DNA of 64,000 nt, from contig CANQED010000002.1 in assembly GCA_947594425.1 (NCBI GenBank), positions 62,364-126,363 on the forward strand, in the 5' to 3' direction. This document shows, piece by piece, positions 9,673 to 17,015 of the stretch. Origin of the DNA: an uncultured Ruminiclostridium sp. (GTDB taxonomy: Bacteria > Bacillota > Clostridia > Oscillospirales > Ruminococcaceae). Position 1 is the stretch's first letter; every line of letters starts with the position of its first letter. The notes under the pieces are model-generated. The model was given only the letters and a program-made list of their open reading frames with translations. It ran no database searches and was not told the DNA's origin. The position numbers were made by a program, and so were the translations under genes.

Positions 9673-12267
9673 CTACTTGAGCATGTTTTTAAGCTCCTCA
9701 AGCTTTGCGTATGCCTCTCTCGGGGACATATCGTCCAGCTCTAGCCGCTTTATCTCGTTTATAACATTCTGTCGGGCGGTAGCCTCAAAGTCTATCTGCC
9801 CGCCCTCTTCCTCGGCGCGCAGCTTAAGTTCATGCTGTGCCTTAGGAGCTGCCTCCATGTCGGAGAGTATCTGCCTTGCGCGAGAAAGCACCTTTTGCGG
9901 CACTCCCGCGAGCTTTGCCACCTCTATGCCGTAGCTGTTGTCCGTTCCGCCCTCGACTATCTTATGCAAGAACTGTATATCCTCGCCCTTTTTCTTTACC
10001 CTTACGCTGTAATTGCGCACGCCGTCGAGCTCGCTCTCCATTGAGATAAGCTCGTGATAGTGCGTGGCGAACATCGTCTTGCAGCCGATAGCCTTAGAGC
10101 TGATATACTCGGCTACCGCCTTAGCTATCGACATTCCGTCAAAGGTAGAGGTGCCTCTGCCTATCTCGTCGAGTATGACAAGGCTGTCGCGGGTCGCGTT
10201 TTGGAGTATCTCCGCCACCTCGTTCATCTCCACCATAAATGTAGACTGCCCCGCGCTTAGATCGTCGCTCGCCCCTACGCGGGTAAATATCTTGTCGACT
10301 ATCCCTATACGCGCATACGACGCGGGGACAAAGCAGCCTATCTGCGCCATAAGCACTATCACGGCGGTCTGGCGCATATACGTCGATTTACCCGACATAT
10401 TGGGCCCCGTTATTATCATAAGGCGGCTGCCCGCCGTGTCAAGATAGGTATCGTTAGGGGTAAAAAGCACCTCGTTTACGGTCTTTTCCACCACGGGGTG
10501 ACGGCCGTCCTTTATCTCTATAACGCCGTTAGGCGCTATCACGGGGCGGGTATAATTATTCTCCGCCGACACCCGCGCATAGCTGCACAACACGTCAAGA
10601 TTTGCTATCGACTCTGCGGTCAGCTGTACCTCGCTCAGCCTCTCGGCGATAAATTCTCTGACAGCGGCGAAAAGCTCCGCCTCGAGTGCAAGTATCTTGT
10701 CGTTTGCGCCGAGTATCTCGCTTTCTATCTTCTTCAGCTCGTCGGTTATGTATCTTTCGCCGTTAGTAAGGGTCTGGCGGCGAATATACCTATCGGGCAC
10801 CATAGATATATTGCCCTTAGATACCTCGATATAATAGCCGAATACGCGGTTATACCCCACGCGCAAATTCTTTATACCGGTAGCCTCGCGCTCTCTTTGC
10901 TCTATTTTGGAAAGCAGCTCTTTTCCGCCGCCGGTTATATCTCTTAATCTGTCGAGCTCTTCATTATAGCCCGCCTTGATATATCCCCCGTCCTTAGTAA
11001 GCGCGGGAGGGTCGTCCGCTATCGCCCTTTCGGTAAGCTCGGCGATATCCTTAAGATCGCTTATCTTTTTATTTAGGCTCTTTATCAGCGCGGCGGACAG
11101 CTTGCCTATATCCTCTTTTAACCTCGGTATCGCGCGGCAGGTCATCCCCATAGCGTATATGTCTTTAGGCGAGGCGGTCTTATATATCACCCTTGTCATA
11201 AGCCGCTCAAGGTCGTATACCCCGTCAAGGTCGTCCTGTATATCGTACAGCACCGCCGAGTTATCGATAAGCGACTGCACCGCGTCGTGCCGCCTAATTA
11301 TCGCGGCGGCGTCGGTAAGCGGGCGCTCTATGCATTGTCTTAATCTGCGCCGCCCCATACCCGTTACGGTCTTGTCGAGCACCCACAATAGCGACCCGCG
11401 CTTTTCTTTAGAGCGCATTGTTTCTGTCAGCTCAAGGTTGCGCCGCGCGTTAAATCCTAGCTCCATATACTCCGCGCCGCTGTGCACATTGAGTTTTACA
11501 AAGCGCTTAGCTCCGCTGCGCTGTGCATTTTTGAGATAAGCTAGCAGGGCGGAAAGCGCGCGCACCGCGTTTTCTTTTCCGTCAAGCCCTATATCGGATA
11601 TGCTGCCCGAAAACTGCTCGGTGACTGATTTCTCGTCATAATCAAACGCGTCCTCCTCGAGCTGCTCCGCCGAGCATTTGACAAACCGTGTGCGGATAAA
11701 ATCATACACGGGCTTTGCCTTTAACAGCTCAAAATTAAACAGCAGCTCTACGGGGGTATACCGTGAGAACTCGTTTATTATATCGTCGTATTGCTTTTTG
11801 CCGTTGGGCTTTTCAAAGGCGTGCACCTCTCCCGTCGAGATATCGGCAAAGACAAGTCCCGCGCCGCTTTCGCCGAAATATATGCAGGAGATATAATTGT
11901 TTACGCCCTCTTCGAGCATGGACGCCTCTATCACCGTACCCGCGCTGACGAGCCTAACTATATCCCTGTCTACAAGCCCCTTAGCGAGCGCGGGATCTAC
12001 CGTCTGCTCGCATACCGCGACCTTAAAGCCCTTGTCTATCAGCCGCTTAATATAGCCCTCGGCGCTGTGGTGCGGCACCCCGCACATAGGAACGCCCGCC
12101 CTTTGCGTCATAGCAAGTTCGAGCTCTTTAGAGCCTATCAAAGCGTCGGAGTCAAACATCTCGTAAAAATCGCCGAGCCTGTAAAAAAGGATATAGTCCT
12201 CGTATTTCTTTTTGATATCGAAATACTGCTCCATCATCGGGGTCAGCTTTTCGGTCTTGTCCGCCAT
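9673..12267 (-). CDS. mutS: DNA mismatch repair protein MutS
   Basis: 864 aa with MMEQYFDIKKKYEDYILFYRLGDFYEMF, Walker A GPNMSGKST and DEIGRGTSTFDG. Confidence 0.95.
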   Translation of the reverse strand: MADKTEKLTPMMEQYFDIKKKYEDYILFYRLGDFYEMFDSDALIGSKELELAMTQRAGVPMCGVPHHSAEGYIKRLIDKGFKVAVCEQTVDPALAKGLVDRDIVRLVSAGTVIEASMLEEGVNNYISCIYFGESGAGLVFADISTGEVHAFEKPNGKKQYDDIINEFSRYTPVELLFNFELLKAKPVYDFIRTRFVKCSAEQLEEDAFDYDEKSVTEQFSGSISDIGLDGKENAVRALSALLAYLKNAQRSGAKRFVKLNVHSGAEYMELGFNARRNLELTETMRSKEKRGSLLWVLDKTVTGMGRRRLRQCIERPLTDAAAIIRRHDAVQSLIDNSAVLYDIQDDLDGVYDLERLMTRVIYKTASPKDIYAMGMTCRAIPRLKEDIGKLSAALIKSLNKKISDLKDIAELTERAIADDPPALTKDGGYIKAGYNEELDRLRDITGGGKELLSKIEQREREATGIKNLRVGYNRVFGYYIEVSKGNISMVPDRYIRRQTLTNGERYITDELKKIESEILGANDKILALEAELFAAVREFIAERLSEVQLTAESIANLDVLCSYARVSAENNYTRPVIAPNGVIEIKDGRHPVVEKTVNEVLFTPNDTYLDTAGSRLMIITGPNMSGKSTYMRQTAVIVLMAQIGCFVPASYARIGIVDKIFTRVGASDDLSAGQSTFMVEMNEVAEILQNATRDSLVILDEIGRGTSTFDGMSIAKAVAEYISSKAIGCKTMFATHYHELISMESELDGVRNYSVRVKKKGEDIQFLHKIVEGGTDNSYGIEVAKLAGVPQKVLSRARQILSDMEAAPKAQHELKLRAEEEGGQIDFEATARQNVINEIKRLELDDMSPREAYAKLEELKNMLK

Positions 12268-12290
12268 TATTTATCGCCTTTCACTTGGCT

Positions 12291-12698
12291 TTAGCCGCAG
12301 CCATGGCAGGTGCTGCAAGAGCCGCTGCACGCGGTATAGTCGCAGGTGTCGGGGTCCTCGCCGTTTACGCATAGAGAAATTATGCCGTTTACTTCATTGA
12401 CAAGCTTATCCATACCCTGCTTTGCCATTGTATAGTCCGCCATATGCTCATTGGACATGACCAGAGTATAAAGGCGCTGCATCTCCTTATTAGCCTCGTC
12501 GAGCTTTGCCTTGTCCTGCTCCTCGGGGCTCTTGCTCATCTCAAGTCCGACCTGCTGTCTTTTTAGGTTGAACTCGCCGATAAGCTGCTGTAATTCTTCG
12601 TCTGCGTCGTTGGCGAGCTTTGCGCGGTTATATTCTATATAACGCTCGTCCGCCTGTATCGCCTTTCCTAACTCTCTTGCTGCTTTTATTGCGTCCAT
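12291..12698 (-). CDS. YlbF/YmcA-family (UPF0342) protein with a Cys-rich C-terminal tail
   Basis: 135-aa helical protein (AARELGKAIQADERYIEYNRAK...) ending in CVNGEDPDTCDYTACSGSCSTCHGCG. It lies between miaB and mutS. Confidence 0.7.
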   Translation of the reverse strand: MDAIKAARELGKAIQADERYIEYNRAKLANDADEELQQLIGEFNLKRQQVGLEMSKSPEEQDKAKLDEANKEMQRLYTLVMSNEHMADYTMAKQGMDKLVNEVNGIISLCVNGEDPDTCDYTACSGSCSTCHGCG

Positions 12699-12738
12699 TT
12701 TTATTCTCCTTTATATTTGCGGCGTTAAGCCGTGTATT

Positions 12739-14118
12739 TTACTGTATAAGCTCTCCCTCTACCGCCCACGGCATAGCGCCGGTTATCTTTACCTTGACGA
12801 ATTTTCCTATGCAATCGTCAGGGCCCGTAAACCGCGTTATAATGCTCTGCCTGCTGTGACCGGTGAGGTACTCGGGCTTGTTCTTATCCCTGCCCGAGCA
12901 AAGCACCTCAAAGGTGCCGCCGATATACCTTTGATAATTTTGCAGTCCTATCTCGCCCTGCACCTCTAACAGCTCGCGCATCCACGCGCCCTTTTCTTTA
13001 TCGCTTACGGGGTCGGGGAGGAGCGCCGCCTTAGTCCCCTCGCGGCGGCTGTAGATAAAGGTGTACGCCATATCAAAGCGTATCTTCTTCATAAGCTCTA
13101 ATGTCTTAGAAAAGTCCTCGTACGTTTCCCCCGGAAAGCCGACTATTATATCGGTAGTAAGCGACAGGTCGGGTATCCTCGCCTTAGCGTATTCGGCGAG
13201 GGCGGTATAGCTCTCCACCGTATAGTTGCGGTTCATAGCCTTTAATATCCTGTCGCTGCCGCATTGCACGGGGAGATGTATATGGTGCTCGATATGTCTG
13301 CTGTCGGCTATGGTGTCTATCAGCTCGTGCGTGCAGTCCTTAGGATGGCTTGTCATAAAGGTTAGCTTATATTCTCCGTCTATATCGTCGAGCATTTTAA
13401 GGAGTGCCGCAAAGCTTACGCCGTGCTCTTTGCCGTAAGAATTTACATTCTGCCCGAGCAGCATAATTTCCTTATACCCGTCGGCGATAAGCTCCTTTAC
13501 CTCGTCATACACGGCCTTAGGAAGACGCGAGCGTTCCCTTTTTCTCACATACGGCACTATACAGTAGGTGCAAAAATTATTGCACCCGTACATAATAGGG
13601 ACGTACGCCTTTATTTTATCCTCGCGCAGGACGGGGATATCCTCGCTTATCTCCTCGCCGCCGTCAAGGTATGTGCCGCCCGTGTTTTGCGTCAGCTTTT
13701 CGTATATCAGCCTCGGAAGCTCTCTCGCGGCGTTGGTTCCGAATATTATATCAACTAAAGGAAAAGACGCGCGCAGCTTGTCGGCGATATGCCGCTGCTG
13801 GGTCATACATCCTCCGACCGCTATGATAAGCGAGCGGTTGTGCTCTTTAAGCTTTTTCAGCGCGCCGACATTGCCGAATACCTTGTCCTCGGCGTTTTCT
13901 CTTACGGCGCAGGTGTTGAGCAATATAAGGTCGGCGTCGGCGGTATCTGAGGTAAACTCGTACCCCATAGCCGCAAGTATGCCCTTAAGCTTCTCGCCGT
14001 CGCTGACATTTTGCTGGCAGCCGTAGGTATGTACGTACGCACTCGGCCTTTTTCCCGCGCTCTCAAAATACAGGCGGGCAGATCTCACATAACTGTCAAA
14101 GCTGTCAGACATATCCAC
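12739..14118 (-). CDS. miaB: tRNA-i6A37 methylthiotransferase MiaB
   Basis: 459 aa with an N-domain (TYGCQQN), a radical-SAM motif (CNNFCTYC) and a TRAM-like C-terminus. Confidence 0.9.
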   Translation of the reverse strand: MDMSDSFDSYVRSARLYFESAGKRPSAYVHTYGCQQNVSDGEKLKGILAAMGYEFTSDTADADLILLNTCAVRENAEDKVFGNVGALKKLKEHNRSLIIAVGGCMTQQRHIADKLRASFPLVDIIFGTNAARELPRLIYEKLTQNTGGTYLDGGEEISEDIPVLREDKIKAYVPIMYGCNNFCTYCIVPYVRKRERSRLPKAVYDEVKELIADGYKEIMLLGQNVNSYGKEHGVSFAALLKMLDDIDGEYKLTFMTSHPKDCTHELIDTIADSRHIEHHIHLPVQCGSDRILKAMNRNYTVESYTALAEYAKARIPDLSLTTDIIVGFPGETYEDFSKTLELMKKIRFDMAYTFIYSRREGTKAALLPDPVSDKEKGAWMRELLEVQGEIGLQNYQRYIGGTFEVLCSGRDKNKPEYLTGHSRQSIITRFTGPDDCIGKFVKVKITGAMPWAVEGELIQ

Positions 14119-14216
14119 GACCTCCCGTCAAAGCAAAATTACCCATATATAGTAGTCCATTTTATATTATACTACACTCCGTACAAAATATCAAGTGAAT
14201 TTTACATCTATTTTAC

Positions 14217-14245
14217 TTGCCATACGCAAAACAATATTGTATAAT
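14217..14245 (+). promoter_or_regulatory. Sigma-70-type promoter for the GTPase-NYN gene
   Basis: TTGCCA (14217-14222), 17-nt spacer, TATAAT (14240-14245) with an upstream TG. The SD GAAGGTG follows and the ATG is at 14267. Confidence 0.55.
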
Positions 14246-14266
14246 GTAAATAGAGAAGGTGTGCGT

Positions 14267-16855
14267 ATGAAAGAGCTTGGCAATTTTAAAAAGAGAATAG
14301 TTATCGGTATGGCGGCGCACGTCGACGCGGGCAAGACCACCCTTTCCGAGGCGCTGCTTTTTCACGCGGGAGAGATACGCAGGCGCGGCAGGGTCGACGA
14401 CGGTGACTCATATCTTGACACCCACCCGACCGAGCGGTCGCGCGGCATAACCGTATTCGCCCACTGCGCGAGGTTATCCCTCGGCGACAGCCTTTATACC
14501 CTGCTCGATACGCCGGGACACGCGGACTTTTCCGCCGAGACAGAGCGAGTATTGCAGGTTCTCGACTATGCGGTACTTGTCATAAGCGGGACGGACGGCG
14601 TGCAAAGCCACACCGAGACTATATGGCGGCTGCTTGACAGCTATAATATCCCCGTCTTTATATTCGTAAATAAAACCGATATGGCGGGCTATGATAAGGA
14701 CGCGGTCATGAACAGCCTTAATAATAGGCTCGGCGAGGGATTTATCGATTTTACCGATACCGCGTCCGAGGCGTTCTTTGAAGAATGTGCTATGAATGAC
14801 GACGACGCCGCCGAGCAATTTCTCGACAAAGGAAAAATAGACGATATAGTTATCGCGAGGGCGGTCGGCCGCCGCGGGATATTTCCCTGCATATTCGGCT
14901 CCGCGCTCAAAATGCAGGGCGTAGACAAGCTTGCCGAGCTGATAGAGAGGTTCACCCTATCGCCCGAATATTCGGACATATTCGGCGGGAGGATATACAA
15001 AATATCCGAGGACAAGGGCAAGCGGCTGAGCCTGTTAAAGGTGACGGGCGGCGCTCTGCGCGTCCGCGACAGCATAACCTACACCGCCAAAAACGGCGAA
15101 TTAATGACCGAGAAGATTAGCGAGCTGAGATTATACTCGGGCAGCAAATACGAAACCGTCGACTGCGTCCCCTGCGGCGTTATCTGCGCCGCCGTCGGGC
15201 TGTCCGACAGCCGCGCGGGCATGGGGCTCGGATACGAGAGTGGGCTAACGGAGCCGCTTCTCGAGCCTGTTATGACCTACTCGGTAGAGCCGCCCGAGGG
15301 CGTAGACAAATACACCCTCTTACAGCAGCTAAAGCAGCTCGAGCAGGAAGAGCCCGCGCTTAATGTACTAAGCACGCCGTTCGGCATATCGGTAAGGCTA
15401 ATGGGCGAAATACAGCTTGAGATACTGCGCGGTATGATAGAAGAGCGCTTTGGCATAAAGGCGCAATTCGGCACCGGAAAGGCGGCATATCTCGAAACGA
15501 TATCCGACACCGTCGAGGGGGTCGGACATTACGAGCCGTTAAAGCACTATGCCGAGGTGCATTTATTGCTCGAGCCATTGCCGCGCGGGTCGGGGCTGGT
15601 GTTTGATACGCTTTGCAGCGAGGAGCAGTTAGAGCGCAGCTATCAGCGGCAGGTTTTAAGCATATTAAAGGATACCACCCACCTCGGGGCGCTGACCGGC
15701 TCGCCGATAACGGATATTAAGATAACGCTTTGCAGCGGAAAGGCGCATATAAAGCACACCGAGGGCGGGGATTTTGCCCAAGCGGTACGGCGCGCCGTAC
15801 GGCAGGGACTGCGCACCGCAAAGAGCGTATTGCTCGAGCCGTATTATGATTTTACCCTTATACTCCCGTCGGAATATTCGGGGCGGGCTATTGTGGATAT
15901 ACAGCAGATGAACGGCGAATTTTCCCCGCCCATCACCGAGGGCGAAAACTCGGTGATAAAGGGGCACTGCCCCGCCGCCGCAATGAGCGGCTATCAGCGG
16001 CAGCTGACGGCATATACAAGGGGGAGGGGCAGACTCTTCTGCTCGTTCGGCGGATATACCGAGTGCGCCGACCCCGACAAAATTATCGCCGAGATAGGCT
16101 ATGACCCCGACAAGGACACCGAGAACTCCGCAGACTCGATATTCTGCTCGCACGGGGCGGGAGTTTTAGTAAGATATGACAAGGTAAAAGAGCATATGCA
16201 CCTGCCCTCCTGCCTTAAAGCTGCAAAGGAGGAGGAAGAGCGCATATCCGCATACCGCCGCGCAGAGAGCTTTGCCCAAAGAGCCGCGACCGACAAGGAG
16301 CTAATGGAGATATTCGAGCGCACCTACGGCAAAATTGACCGCGACCCGCGAAAGGCAATGGCTCCCGTGCCCAAACCCCCTACATACAAAAGCCGCGCCG
16401 CCGTGCGTATGGGTCCCGAGTACCTGCTTGTAGACGGGTATAATATCATCTTCGCGTGGGACGAGCTTAAAACTATCGCCGAGCAGAGCCTTGACGCGGC
16501 GCGCAGCCGTCTTATAAACATAATGTGCAGCTATCAGGGCTATCGGCAGTGCGAGCTTATCCTCGTATTTGACGCATACAAGGTCCCCGGCGGCACCCGC
16601 ACGATAGAAAGGGCGGGCGGCATATCCATAGTCTACACCAAAGAGCAGGAGACCGCCGACTCTTATATCGAAAAGACCTCGCACGTCCTCGCCAAAAACT
16701 ACCGCGTGCGCGTCGCCACCTCCGACGGCGCTGAGCAGGTAATAATCCTCGGCAGCGGCGCGCTGAGAGTCTCCGCCTCGGAGCTGTACGCCGAGGTCAA
16801 GGACGCCGAAAAGGCAGTCAGAGAGTATATAGAAAAGCTGAGGAGAGAGGTGTAG
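14267..16855 (+). CDS. Fusion protein: TetM/EF-G-like translational GTPase plus a C-terminal YacP/Rae1-type NYN ribonuclease domain
   Basis: G1 AHVDAGKT, G2 RGIT, G3 DTPGH, G4 NKTD and G5 SAL, with domains II-V collinear with TetM. A charged linker follows. From about 16418 the NYN motifs appear: LLVDGYN, VFDA, ETADSYIE, VATSD. The start is set at ATG 14267 (MKELGNF) after the SD. Confidence 0.8.
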   Translation: MKELGNFKKRIVIGMAAHVDAGKTTLSEALLFHAGEIRRRGRVDDGDSYLDTHPTERSRGITVFAHCARLSLGDSLYTLLDTPGHADFSAETERVLQVLDYAVLVISGTDGVQSHTETIWRLLDSYNIPVFIFVNKTDMAGYDKDAVMNSLNNRLGEGFIDFTDTASEAFFEECAMNDDDAAEQFLDKGKIDDIVIARAVGRRGIFPCIFGSALKMQGVDKLAELIERFTLSPEYSDIFGGRIYKISEDKGKRLSLLKVTGGALRVRDSITYTAKNGELMTEKISELRLYSGSKYETVDCVPCGVICAAVGLSDSRAGMGLGYESGLTEPLLEPVMTYSVEPPEGVDKYTLLQQLKQLEQEEPALNVLSTPFGISVRLMGEIQLEILRGMIEERFGIKAQFGTGKAAYLETISDTVEGVGHYEPLKHYAEVHLLLEPLPRGSGLVFDTLCSEEQLERSYQRQVLSILKDTTHLGALTGSPITDIKITLCSGKAHIKHTEGGDFAQAVRRAVRQGLRTAKSVLLEPYYDFTLILPSEYSGRAIVDIQQMNGEFSPPITEGENSVIKGHCPAAAMSGYQRQLTAYTRGRGRLFCSFGGYTECADPDKIIAEIGYDPDKDTENSADSIFCSHGAGVLVRYDKVKEHMHLPSCLKAAKEEEERISAYRRAESFAQRAATDKELMEIFERTYGKIDRDPRKAMAPVPKPPTYKSRAAVRMGPEYLLVDGYNIIFAWDELKTIAEQSLDAARSRLINIMCSYQGYRQCELILVFDAYKVPGGTRTIERAGGISIVYTKEQETADSYIEKTSHVLAKNYRVRVATSDGAEQVIILGSGALRVSASELYAEVKDAEKAVREYIEKLRREV

Positions 16856-16903
16856 GTTTAGCGTTTCCCCCTGACCCCCTTTCAAAAACTTTTGGTATAT
16901 ACT

Positions 16904-17006
16904 TTTTTTGGGTGGAAAAATCCTAAGGCGCTGCGCCTTTTAATTCGTTTAATACTGCGAAAAATAAACCGTGGACTGAAATCAATCCACGGTTTGCTGT
17001 ATTCAC
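16904..17006. repeat. Dispersed double-hairpin intergenic repeat, copy 1
   Basis: tttgggtggaaaaatcctaaggcgctgcgcctttt...actgcgaaaaataaaccgtggactgaaatcaatccacggtttgctgtattcac. Paralogous copies lie at 37197, 57067 and 58841. Confidence 0.75.
16958..16995 (-). terminator. Rho-independent terminator of the LRR-FN3 gene
   Basis: Minus strand reads AAACCGTGGA-TTGATTTCAG-TCCACGGTTT followed by ATTTTT. Confidence 0.75.
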
Positions 17007-17015
17007 TTTGATTTT

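Noticed and set aside
14267-16200. Calling the GTPase part a tetracycline-resistance ribosomal protection gene (tetM/tetO-like).
   Set aside because: Only the general TetM/EF-G-type fold and G motifs are recognisable. Identity to resistance determinants cannot be measured here. The C-terminal NYN fusion and chromosomal context argue for a different function. I kept it as a TetM/EF-G-like GTPase only.
16301-16885. 194-aa minus-strand ORF, and neighbouring minus-strand ORFs at 14474-16521, opposite the GTPase-NYN gene.
   Set aside because: They are antisense to a motif-rich ORF. Their composition is Gly/Ala/Arg-rich, and they have no RBS and no recognisable domains.
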